A stretch of DNA of 64,000 nucleotides from a virus. A program made the translations under genes and the position numbers. Below are positions 29,561 through 38,667 of this stretch, piece by piece (within the stretch, counting starts at the first letter, position 1; each line of letters starts with the position of its first letter). The stretch lies in the IMG/VR virus record IMGVR_UViG_3300037010_002464. One strand, 5' to 3'. Under the pieces are notes generated by a model. That model had not been told where the DNA came from. It ran no database searches and was given only the letters and a program-made list of their open reading frames with translations.

Positions 29561-29580
29561 TTGTATTTACTAGTCAGCTT

Positions 29581-29814
29581 TCAAAGGACGTCAAATTCCG
29601 CTTGAGCTTGCTCGCGCCGACCGGTCATGATCTCGATCATCAGGTCAACGACCCGGTTGTACCCCTCATCGCCGAGGTAGGCGATCTTGACTTGCTGCGG
29701 GTACATGTAACTGTTCCGGTCCCGAATGTTCCGCATGCTATTGATCTCGGTCTCGAGGTCATCGATGAGGCCTTGGAGGCCGACGGCTTTCTTCAACAGC
29801 TCAGCGTTCATCAC
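29581..29814 (-). CDS. Hypothetical protein (tandem paralog 2)
   Basis: MNAELLKKAVGL...AQAEFDVL resembles the upstream gene. Confidence 0.65.
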   Translation of the reverse strand: MMNAELLKKAVGLQGLIDDLETEINSMRNIRDRNSYMYPQQVKIAYLGDEGYNRVVDLMIEIMTGRREQAQAEFDVL

Positions 29815-30074
29815 AAGTCCCTGAAGCCTTCCTTGGCACGGCCGAGCTTCAGCTCATACAGCGTACGTACCTTCTCGAGCGCAGCGATGAAGAACTCCTT
29901 GCCCACCTTGCCAAGCTCGAGGTTGAAGTTGACGTCGATTGACATTTGCGGATCGAAGACTTCAGGTTGGCGCTTGGCGCATTCTAGAGCTTCATCAAGG
30001 CGGCGGATATTGACCGATTGACAGTTAATCTCTTCCTTGAGGGCGAGGGCTTCAGCGAGGGTTTCGTTATTCAT
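29811..30074 (-). CDS. Hypothetical protein (tandem paralog 1)
   Basis: MNNETLAEALAL...AKEGFRDL. Confidence 0.65.
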   Translation of the reverse strand: MNNETLAEALALKEEINCQSVNIRRLDEALECAKRQPEVFDPQMSIDVNFNLELGKVGKEFFIAALEKVRTLYELKLGRAKEGFRDL

Positions 30075-30354
30075 AGTTTAGCAGCTGTTTTGGTGGGTTA
30101 AGCAGTTCTAGAAGCACGTCGCCGTGGCATGCCTTAGGCGCACAGTGGCAAACAAGCCACTTGCCGCGAAGCTCTTCAAGCTGTCCTAGGAGCTCTGGGT
30201 TATTCAACAGGTAGGTGCGGTACTTTTCGATGACTACCGTCCTCGTGCCGTCCTGGCCAAGGATGAACGGGTTGCCCCACTTCCCGGGCCGCCCGATATA
30301 GACCGAGTTGAGGGGCGCGGGCCCATCCTTCAAGTTTACTAGCGAGCGGCTCAT
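30067..30354 (-). CDS. DUF4326-family protein
   Basis: VYIGRPGKWGNPF, LRGKWLVCHCAPKACHGDVL. Confidence 0.88.
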   Translation of the reverse strand: MSRSLVNLKDGPAPLNSVYIGRPGKWGNPFILGQDGTRTVVIEKYRTYLLNNPELLGQLEELRGKWLVCHCAPKACHGDVLLELLNPPKQLLNYE

Positions 30355-30663
30355 GCGGTGTATACGGGTGGTGCTTAGGCTTGATATCAAGCAAGGGTAC
30401 ATAAGGGCAATAGAAATAGCCGTCGGCTATCGGGCCATCTTTTGCCTTGTACCCTAATGCTACTATCTCTTCAAGAGCTTCCTCGATTGCTTCAGCTGCC
30501 GCTCGAGCAATTTCCTCGCTCAAGATCCTAGCAATTTCGTCCTCGAGATCCAGGCCATGCTCTTGCTGCTCTTGCTTTAGATCTTGCACCTGCTCGTCCA
30601 ATTAGCCTTAAGCTTACGCGGAGCCACTTCGATTGACCAGGAGCTTATGCTGAAGGTTGACAT
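30351..30663 (-). pseudogene. Miniature gp23 (major capsid protein)-derived gene, frameshifted
   Basis: RKLKANWT / QDLK...HGLDLEDEIARILSEEI and GYK...DGYFYCPYVPL; ATG coupled (TGATG) to the methyltransferase stop. Confidence 0.7.
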
Positions 30664-31898
30664 CAGAAGCTAATCAGCTTGCTCTCGCCGTTGATCTTAT
30701 CAACGGTATGCTTGAAGTTGTTCTGCCAGACCACGTCGCCGTCGGTAAACGGTAGCCGACCTTCGAGGTAGTCAACCACACCGCGAGTCATGTCCGAAGC
30801 CGTGCAGACTGGGACATTCTGGCAGATGTGGTTGATGGTCTTCGTCACGAGGTTGAAGTCGTTTGGCAGGGCCATCATGTGCAGGCACTCACGGATGGTC
30901 AGCGAGCGGTGCTCATACGGGTGAGCCGCATCGGTGGTCCGACCGATCAGGGCGTTGAAGTTGACCTCAGGTAGGAAGATGGACGGCGAGTCGTCCCAGA
31001 TGCCCTTGTCCTCAACAAACATCTTGTGATGGATGCGGTCAAAGTAGGCCGCGGCGCGCGGGTCAGCCGCAGCTTGCGCAGGCTCGGAATACCAGTCACG
31101 CATCTCTTTTGGCCGCTCGGGAGCCTTCGGGTCCTTCAACACAAAGTCTTGAACGGTCACCATCGTCTTGCCCTGCTCACGCATCCGCTCACGGATCACG
31201 TCAGGGAAGCCTTCGCCGAAGCGTGCGTGGGCAAACTTGGCGAAGCGAGTGGAGCGCAGCTGCTTGTAGGCGCGTTCCTTGTCGTCATCATGCTGGGTAG
31301 CGCCGGCCGGGATCTGAGCCATATACTCGCCCCAGGTTGGAGCCTGCTTGTGGTAGTACGGCATGACCGGCACGCGGCCTTGCTCGCGCCAGAAGAAGTA
31401 GAACGTGCGGTGACGCCGTTGCGGCACTCCATGCAGGTGGGTGCTGGTGAAGTAGAACGACATCGTGTAGCCGTTGTCGTCGGCGATCTGCTTGAGGCGC
31501 TCACGGACAGACTCGCCGAGCTTGCTCTCATACATCGCAGGAGCGTTCTCGCCCCAAAAGACCTTCGGCTTTAGCGTGCCGAGCACGTGCTTCGCTGAGG
31601 CAAACATCCAGCTGTTGGCGTTCTCACGCATCGTCGCATCGCCGGTGCCCAGCGTGGACAGGCCGGCACACGGGCAGAGAGCCGTGATGAAGTCAGCACC
31701 GGCGAGAGCAGCTTGGTCGCCGCCGTCATCCAGCACCTCATAAGGAACCTGCGGCATGTAAGCGCGGAGGTTCTTCTCATTGTCGGCGAAGGCCTTGTAG
31801 GTCAGCAATGCTTCAGGATCATAACCTAGCACGTTCCTCGCGGCAATCGTGTTCCCACCGATAAGAGGGACAATACTGCCGTATCGGTATATAGTCAT
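30663..31898 (-). CDS. DNA cytosine-C5 methyltransferase-like protein (T4-like phage clade, atypical motif I)
   Basis: LCPCAGLS (IV), WGENAP (VI), PQRRHRTF (VIII), RSLTIRECLHMMALPNDF (IX), ICQNVPV (X). Confidence 0.85.
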   Translation of the reverse strand: MTIYRYGSIVPLIGGNTIAARNVLGYDPEALLTYKAFADNEKNLRAYMPQVPYEVLDDGGDQAALAGADFITALCPCAGLSTLGTGDATMRENANSWMFASAKHVLGTLKPKVFWGENAPAMYESKLGESVRERLKQIADDNGYTMSFYFTSTHLHGVPQRRHRTFYFFWREQGRVPVMPYYHKQAPTWGEYMAQIPAGATQHDDDKERAYKQLRSTRFAKFAHARFGEGFPDVIRERMREQGKTMVTVQDFVLKDPKAPERPKEMRDWYSEPAQAAADPRAAAYFDRIHHKMFVEDKGIWDDSPSIFLPEVNFNALIGRTTDAAHPYEHRSLTIRECLHMMALPNDFNLVTKTINHICQNVPVCTASDMTRGVVDYLEGRLPFTDGDVVWQNNFKHTVDKINGESKLISF

Positions 31899-32294
31899 AT
31901 ATTTCTGCTTAACAAATATACCATCTGGTATACAAAATTGTTGATCGTGCTAAGACTCGATCAAACAGTGGATATGTTGAAAACCATCATGTAATCCCAC
32001 TGTCGTTGGGAGGATTAGATGATGACTCTAATAAGGTTCAATTAACAGCCTGTGAACATTTTCTTTGCCATAGGATGCTTATCAAGATGACTCAAGGTAA
32101 AGCCAAAAACAAGATGTTGTTGGCAGTTCACATGATGCTTAACACAAAGAGCCGAACTCATGGAAGTAACCGTGAAGTTGACAATGACGCCGGAACATCG
32201 TGCTCATCTTTCGATGATGGCAAAGAAGCGACCGCCTGTTTCAGCTGAAACTCGTCAAAAGATGCGCGAGTCTCACTTGGCCATGCGCTGTTAA
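31899..32294 (+). pseudogene. Degenerate HNH/NUMOD3 homing endonuclease, paralog of 5000-5830
   Basis: FLLNKYT, frameshift, then ENHHVIPLSLGG...LTACEHFLCH...KMTQG; SAETRQKMRESH in another frame; no ATG. Confidence 0.85.
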
Positions 32295-32305
32295 GAAAAC
32301 AGTGA

Positions 32306-32797
32306 TCATTGCATATTGTCTGTGATGTGATGATCAACGCTAACGAACGCGATCTGTAGGAGCTTAGCTGACAGCTCCCGAGCCTCTGGCTGCTTAAGCT
32401 TCCCGATGTGGCTAATGTACTTATGGCTGCCCAGTTGAACCTCAAAACGCTCGTCTTGGCTCTCGCGAGTAAAGATTGAGTGCTGCACGGCATTAAGCAT
32501 TGCGTGCTCAAACACGTAGAGGTCCTTGACGCCGCCGCCTTCTTTCAGCACCTTCATGCTCAAGGTGAACTGCGCGTTGCCCTTTTTGACCCAGGCGCGA
32601 ATGGCTCCCATGACCTGGTTTGCCTCATCATCCTCGAGCCAGACGATGAGCGTGTGGGTCCGGTGATCAGTGCCGCCCGCTTCGTTGAAGAGCTCGGTGC
32701 CGAGGTCAACGGCGAGCACGTGCGACTCGAGAGCGGCTAGCTCCGGCGCGCCGGTAAAGGTGACGCTGAATGCGTCTCGCTTGACGATATTTGTCAT
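32306..32797 (-). CDS. Hypothetical protein with weak resemblance to tail-tube-like folds
   Basis: 163 aa; resemblance judged by eye only. Confidence 0.55.
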   Translation of the reverse strand: MTNIVKRDAFSVTFTGAPELAALESHVLAVDLGTELFNEAGGTDHRTHTLIVWLEDDEANQVMGAIRAWVKKGNAQFTLSMKVLKEGGGVKDLYVFEHAMLNAVQHSIFTRESQDERFEVQLGSHKYISHIGKLKQPEARELSAKLLQIAFVSVDHHITDNMQ

Positions 32798-32835
32798 GAT
32801 ATGCTATTCTAATATGAAGGCCGCTAAAGCGGCAT

Positions 32836-34059
32836 TTATGAGTAGTAGGGAAAGCCGATCATTACGTCATCAAAGGTAGGCGCATCGCTAGAAGTTGATG
32901 ACGTGACCGTCACCGACGTGATCTTGTGGCCGCCGTTGCACTTGAAGCCCCAGAACGCACGGCTGCCTGTAGCCCCAGTCGTGGTGACAGGCAGCGTGAA
33001 GTTGTAAGTGGCTTGGGTCGTCACGACTTGGGCCGAGTAGGTTGTGCCTACGGTCTTGCCGTAGTCAAGCAGTGTCAAGCCGAAGGCCTTCATCGGGTTC
33101 GGGTTGAGCACCATCATGCCGCACGCAGTGATCACCTGATCAATGCCGTAGATGTCCACGGGTGTGGCACAGACTAGACGCACTCGGGTATACCGCTTGG
33201 TGGGGTTGGTGAAGCCAAAAAAGACTAGGTTGCCGTTAGTACCTGCCGTTGCCTTTGCCACCACAGACTCTTCAGCGCCGCCATCATCAGGCAGCATGTA
33301 AAGCATTAGGGCTCCTTCAACGTCGCCAAGGTCCGTAGCATAGAAGCCAAAAGCCGAAATACCATAGTCGAAGGTGAAGACGACGTCTGTGCCCGATGTA
33401 CATGCTAGGTACTTGCCGTTGGTGCCCAGGCCGCCGTCCACGTTGAACCTGCCAAGGGTCTGAGTTGCGGCAACGGTAGCGCCTGTGACCGTGCATGTTG
33501 TTGGGCTATAGATGGTTGGGGTGAAACCCGTGCCAGATTGGGTCGAGTAGTAGTTTGCAACGTCAATCGTCAGCGAGGTGGCGCCCGTAGTTTGACCTTC
33601 AAAGTTGACCACTGTGGGCGGTGCCGAGTTCATCGACGAGCCGATAGCCGCAAGGTAACGCTGCTTTGCCAAGTACGGGCCCCCTAGCACGTCAGGCACG
33701 CCTGGTGTTGGGCTTGCGGTCTCACCGAAGTAAGTGACCAGCGCCGTCGAGTAAGCGGGCGTGAACGTCGTGCTAGCGCTTGTGCTCACAAAGCCGTTAG
33801 CCGCTACAGCGCCGGCTCCTGCAATGGCAAACGTCACCCCGCCGGCGCCCGATGCGCTCGCTGTCAGCGGCGCGACCTGGCCGTTCTCAGCGGTAAAGTC
33901 CGCGACGGCGGCCGCCTGCATAGTTCTCTTTAAGTTAGCAAACAGCGCTTGCGAGGGTGTTGCACCTTCAGCAAAGCAGGTTGTCACTGGCTCGATGAGG
34001 GCTGGACGAGGGGCGTGCCGCTCATACACGTCAAACTGGCTAATTGTAGTAAGTGTCAT
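32836..34059 (-). CDS. Virion protein with PEP-CTERM-exoprotein-like beta domains
   Basis: GRFN, ISAFGFYATDLGD, LVFFGF, YGIDQV; partial second repeat. Confidence 0.72.
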   Translation of the reverse strand: MTLTTISQFDVYERHAPRPALIEPVTTCFAEGATPSQALFANLKRTMQAAAVADFTAENGQVAPLTASASGAGGVTFAIAGAGAVAANGFVSTSASTTFTPAYSTALVTYFGETASPTPGVPDVLGGPYLAKQRYLAAIGSSMNSAPPTVVNFEGQTTGATSLTIDVANYYSTQSGTGFTPTIYSPTTCTVTGATVAATQTLGRFNVDGGLGTNGKYLACTSGTDVVFTFDYGISAFGFYATDLGDVEGALMLYMLPDDGGAEESVVAKATAGTNGNLVFFGFTNPTKRYTRVRLVCATPVDIYGIDQVITACGMMVLNPNPMKAFGLTLLDYGKTVGTTYSAQVVTTQATYNFTLPVTTTGATGSRAFWGFKCNGGHKITSVTVTSSTSSDAPTFDDVMIGFPYYS

Positions 34060-34064
34060 ATCTG

Positions 34065-37000
34065 TTATAGCGAAGGTTGCTTGATGGTGAAGCCATGCTG
34101 AGTGCCTGTCAAATTACGGTCGTCGACAATTTGGCAGAGGATGCCGTCATAGTTAACGCCGCCAGGCAGCGCTGGGTTGTTGCCGTAAAATGACTCGACG
34201 TATAACGTATGAGTGTTACCTTGAATGTCCCACCTGATGGTACCGAATGATGGGTCGCTGTAGTAGTACGGCCCAAAGAGCACCTCGCCCGACGGGTAGT
34301 GGGTCAACGTAACCATAGTAGTCCAGTCGCCGTTATCATACGTGCGTTCAAAGGCAGGCGCGCCCGCCGCATAGTACGTATAGGTCAAGTGGTAGTAGTC
34401 ATTGCCGTTCTTACGAGCGATGACTCCGAGCTCAAGATCAGGTTGAACAAAGAACAGCGGCGTGATGTTGAAGTTAACAAACAGCGTGACATCGGGCGTT
34501 GATGTGCCCTTATCAAGGTAGACGCCGTAGCGCGTGTTGCCCACCTTTGAGGTGTCAACTTGAACTGTACCAGCGCCTGTTTCAACAAGAGCTGTGTGGC
34601 TGTTGTTGCCGTACAGGTCAACCCAAGCACCGCCGTTGCTAGCACGAGAGCTGCCAATTGGTGACAGTGCTGAGGCGGTGAATGGGCTAGTAAGCGTTTG
34701 TACCAGCTGATTCAGCTGGCTCCGAGTGCCGACAAACAGGTCATCGATGCCCATGTCGCCGAAGGTAGTCGTGTTGCTGATCGTTACGCTAACATACTCG
34801 TTGCCTGGGTGGTGGAAGCCGATGTAGTTCTGCAACCCGCTAGCTTGAGCCAAGCTATGCTTCAGCACGACCTCCTTAACCGTGCCCGTCGTGTCTGTCA
34901 ACAAGAGCTTGACATAGCCGCCGTCACCGATGTCTGTTGTGTAGCAGCCAAATGCTGTAATTGGCGAGTCAAAGGTGAAGGTCGTTGGACCGCTAAGCGA
35001 GAGCCAACGTTGGCCTGCAACGGTAGTGTTACGTTGGCCTGTAGCCGACGAGCTAGCGATGACAGCTGAACCTGTAACCGTGCAGGTGATCAGCGAACCG
35101 TCGGCCTCATCGACAAAGTTGAGAACCAACGGGGTCGCCGACCCCGATGTGAAGCTTTCAAAAGTCTCTTCACGGAACTTGAAATGCCTGTTACGCAGTG
35201 CGTTGCGCGCATCGCTAAACGTGCTCTGATCAGTAAAGACTTCGAACTTACCTTGAGTCAACAATGTTGTCTGGCGATAGATTAACTGAGCGCCGCCGAC
35301 AATGGCGTGACCCACACCCTTCAAGTTAGCCGCACCGTTACCCAGCGACTCGGCCACGATGTTTGCGCCGGCGCTGTCTGTTGCAATTTGAAAGCGTAAT
35401 GTCAGGAGATTATTGTATCGGTGATTGATGCCAAATGAACGAGGCACGTCCATCTTATGCCAGGTGTAAAGCTCCTCGCCTGCATATGCATCAGGGATAT
35501 TAAAGCCGCTGGCGGGATCTTGCTCGCCGGCCGCTGACGAAACAGGGTAAGCACGGATCCACCGGGTTTGACCCTCAAATTCATATGGGGTCTGAGCGGT
35601 GAAGGCTGCTGTCGGTAGGGTGTAAGCGCCGGTGTAACGCTGCGTGCCTCGAGTCAAACGCACGTCAGACAGGTAGTAGCTGAAGGTGCCTGTTCGGTCA
35701 GACTGACCAACGACAACGAGCGAGAAGTCAGGGTTCGAGTAGTTAACGCCGGTAACCGAGCCGGTTGCAACCTGCGCACCGTTAACAAAGAAGGTCATGA
35801 ACTGACCACCAGACCCGGCATTCAATGTAAATGCTACATGGTGGAACTGGCTATTAGCAACGGATATGCTGCCGATGAAGCGTTGATTGAGCCAGGCTTC
35901 GAGCACTGTTTGACCTGGTGTCGTACTAGCATGAGCGTAGATGATGCCCATGCCTGGTGTGTAAGCCGAGCCTGTGCTGCTGGCACCCTGGTTCCACGGC
36001 GTGCTGGTGTTACCATAGCCGTAGATCCAATACATGATGGCAGTTTTACCGTACGGCTCGGAAGCACCTACTTCAGGACGCACCCAAGCTTCAAGCGTGC
36101 CTACTTGCGATCGCAAGTAGAACATTGTCGGCCAAATCAGCTTGATGGCATGCTCACTGTTGTTCGGAGTCACGTGGAGCGATGACGTGCCCCACTTTGA
36201 AGCATTAGTGCTCGCTGAACAGTTTGAACCTGTTGAGCTCCAGGTACCGCCTAAAGTGCCGCTGTTCGGGAACGCGGTTGCGCCGTCTGTTAGCCCGTCA
36301 AATGAGAACTGTACTAACGTACCTACGTTTGAATACGGCGTTGGCTCGCGCATCCAATGGCTAGCCGATGGGGAGAATTGGGTGTCTCGATAGATTAAAC
36401 CGTCGGGTAGGAAAATGATCGGTGTTTCACTGTCATTGGTTAGTTGGTTTACACCTTCTACAATGTTTGTGGAATCTGAGTCAAAAATTTCAGGCGAAGG
36501 TACAGTGGGAATAATCGAGTTTGTTGATGAATAGCCAAAGCGCAAGCCATCAACAATAGCGGGATCGGTGTCAAAGGCAATCGAACGGGCCCAACCCCCA
36601 AATGTAAACTTAGTGTAGCCTCCATCTGTATAGCTGTGCTGCACGTCGGGTGTACTTTGCAGTAATGTACCTGTACCGTTCAAGCCTGAGTAGACGCCTA
36701 CAATTGTACCCATGAGCACAAACAGCGAGCATTCATTGATGAAGCCGTCAACTACATTGATGTACTTTGGGTCATTGCTAAGGTTCTGCAGCGCGGTCCA
36801 GCTGTAGATGCCTGGGTAGATGCCCTCGCCTGACTTGTAGTAAAAGTCAGGCGCAATCTCAGGGCCGTCAGAATAGCATGCACGAACCCAGCTAGGAGCC
36901 TGCACGCCGTAAATGTGCGGGTACGGTGGTCCAGACGGTACTAGCGGGCCTGAAATGCCACGCGAATCTGTGCCATTGTTGAAGTAGTCGTCAACCAGGT

Positions 37001-38639
37001 TATCAACTGTCGGCAGCGCACCTGACAGCGGGATCGGGTAGCCATTGGTCAGGTTATCGACCATCATGTTCGGATCAGCGCTTGAGATAGTCAGCGAGTT
37101 GATCGTAGCGTTTTCGCTCTCAAGCCTGCAAAGCTTCCACTGGCAGTAGACATTGTCAACGTCAGGCAAGCTGCAAGTGCCTGTAGCAGGCAATGTTTTA
37201 GTGCCGACGCCAGCGATCAAAGTAACCGGAGAGGCTGATGCATAGTAGAACGAGATAGCACCTTTGGTGCTTGTGCTCGGCAACGCAATAGTCATGCTCG
37301 CCTGACCGGTCGCAACTTTCAGCGCCGTTTTGCCTAAGTTGAGCACCGCGCCTGACGGTGAGTCGAGCGTGCGAACGTTGAACTGGGCCGTGCCGCCGGT
37401 AGCCTTGGAGCGCACAGCTACCGCATTAGTAAAGACGGTGCCGGGGTACAAGCTATCGTAGAACGAGCCCACGCTGACAGGTGCATAGGTGCCGGCAGAG
37501 GCATTAGCTCCTGGAATGAGGCCCTCAAAGTCCATGCCGTACTTAACACCGTCCCATTGAGACTGACTGCTTGTTGTCAACAAGCCGCCTAGCTCCCAGT
37601 TAAACGTGAGAATAGGAGCGTCAGGCAAGTCAGGCGGTGTGCCGAATTCCATGTGGTCAAAGAAGACCTCATTGTTGAAGCTGGCTTTGCCTGTTGTAAC
37701 CTTAATCGAGCGAGCAACCCCCGAGAAGTAAAACACAGTTTGGTAGAACGCATTCAAGAGACCTGCCGCTACGCCGCTAGGTCCGGCGAGCAACGTGCCA
37801 GTGCCGTTAACACCCGAGTAGATGCTAATGATCGGCGTTGCGTTGCTTACTGAAAGGCAGGTCCACACCGACCAACGATCCTTGAAACCTGCAGGCACGT
37901 TGATGTAAGCTACGTTCTGGTCCTCAGGCGGTGAGGATGTGATGCACTGCGTCGGAGCGTTAACAAAGGAGCCTACGCCGTTATAGGGCAGCTTGATGCT
38001 GTCAAGCGTGCCGTATACCATGTCATCGAAGCCAACGAGCTGCTCGTTGCCAGCTGTGGTACCAGGCCCTTGTGTAACCGTGAATCGAATCTCGTTGAAC
38101 GGGTGGACATCGTTCGTGTAGCCGAAGAACAGCAGGGTTGCGTTGATCCCGCTGGTATCAGGGCCTACTTCAACGTTGAGGTCAACTGGGAAGCCGTTGC
38201 TGTAGAAGCTGAGCTTGACCGTGCCGCCGGCCGCTCCTAGGTCGCCGAAGTCAGTTCCGTAGAAGCCAAAGGCTTGGGTGTGGCTAGTAAACTTTAGCGT
38301 GAACTCACCCGATGACTGCCACCACTTACCGTCTTCAAGCAGACCGCTACCTGAGTCAATGGTCGTGTTGAACCGACCTGGGAAGTCTTGCCCAACGGTC
38401 TTAATGCCTTGCACGTTGCCGTCAATCGGCGCGGCTTGTGTCAGCTGGCACGTGCTGCCGAAGAGGTAAAGCGTGAAGTCATCAGACGGCCTGCTACCCG
38501 CAATTGAGAACTCAAAGGTCTCCACCTTGGAGGTGGCGAGAGCCGTCATGAACTCGGCTCGCTTAGCGGCTGCAAGGCTGGTAACGGGGAACGTTCCGCC
38601 CGAGTTTGTATCTACGGCGTAGTAGGTAGTCGCGGTCAT
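34065..38639 (-). CDS. Large multidomain fibre/adhesin (PEP-CTERM-like repeats + LamG)
   Basis: AFGFYGTDFGD and AFGCYTTDIGD; two YINV...YSGxNGTGTLL...FxGxARSI repeats; LamG TLEAWV...HHVAFT...SDVRLTRG. Confidence 0.8.
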   Translation of the reverse strand: MTATTYYAVDTNSGGTFPVTSLAAAKRAEFMTALATSKVETFEFSIAGSRPSDDFTLYLFGSTCQLTQAAPIDGNVQGIKTVGQDFPGRFNTTIDSGSGLLEDGKWWQSSGEFTLKFTSHTQAFGFYGTDFGDLGAAGGTVKLSFYSNGFPVDLNVEVGPDTSGINATLLFFGYTNDVHPFNEIRFTVTQGPGTTAGNEQLVGFDDMVYGTLDSIKLPYNGVGSFVNAPTQCITSSPPEDQNVAYINVPAGFKDRWSVWTCLSVSNATPIISIYSGVNGTGTLLAGPSGVAAGLLNAFYQTVFYFSGVARSIKVTTGKASFNNEVFFDHMEFGTPPDLPDAPILTFNWELGGLLTTSSQSQWDGVKYGMDFEGLIPGANASAGTYAPVSVGSFYDSLYPGTVFTNAVAVRSKATGGTAQFNVRTLDSPSGAVLNLGKTALKVATGQASMTIALPSTSTKGAISFYYASASPVTLIAGVGTKTLPATGTCSLPDVDNVYCQWKLCRLESENATINSLTISSADPNMMVDNLTNGYPIPLSGALPTVDNLVDDYFNNGTDSRGISGPLVPSGPPYPHIYGVQAPSWVRACYSDGPEIAPDFYYKSGEGIYPGIYSWTALQNLSNDPKYINVVDGFINECSLFVLMGTIVGVYSGLNGTGTLLQSTPDVQHSYTDGGYTKFTFGGWARSIAFDTDPAIVDGLRFGYSSTNSIIPTVPSPEIFDSDSTNIVEGVNQLTNDSETPIIFLPDGLIYRDTQFSPSASHWMREPTPYSNVGTLVQFSFDGLTDGATAFPNSGTLGGTWSSTGSNCSASTNASKWGTSSLHVTPNNSEHAIKLIWPTMFYLRSQVGTLEAWVRPEVGASEPYGKTAIMYWIYGYGNTSTPWNQGASSTGSAYTPGMGIIYAHASTTPGQTVLEAWLNQRFIGSISVANSQFHHVAFTLNAGSGGQFMTFFVNGAQVATGSVTGVNYSNPDFSLVVVGQSDRTGTFSYYLSDVRLTRGTQRYTGAYTLPTAAFTAQTPYEFEGQTRWIRAYPVSSAAGEQDPASGFNIPDAYAGEELYTWHKMDVPRSFGINHRYNNLLTLRFQIATDSAGANIVAESLGNGAANLKGVGHAIVGGAQLIYRQTTLLTQGKFEVFTDQSTFSDARNALRNRHFKFREETFESFTSGSATPLVLNFVDEADGSLITCTVTGSAVIASSSATGQRNTTVAGQRWLSLSGPTTFTFDSPITAFGCYTTDIGDGGYVKLLLTDTTGTVKEVVLKHSLAQASGLQNYIGFHHPGNEYVSVTISNTTTFGDMGIDDLFVGTRSQLNQLVQTLTSPFTASALSPIGSSRASNGGAWVDLYGNNSHTALVETGAGTVQVDTSKVGNTRYGVYLDKGTSTPDVTLFVNFNITPLFFVQPDLELGVIARKNGNDYYHLTYTYYAAGAPAFERTYDNGDWTTMVTLTHYPSGEVLFGPYYYSDPSFGTIRWDIQGNTHTLYVESFYGNNPALPGGVNYDGILCQIVDDRNLTGTQHGFTIKQPSL

Positions 38640-38642
38640 CGA

Positions 38643-38649
38643 CTATTTA
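38643..38649 (-). promoter_or_regulatory. Late promoter core TAAATAG
   Basis: CTATTTA 3 nt from the ATG. Confidence 0.7.
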
Positions 38650-38667
38650 CTACAGCCGATGGCCTGC

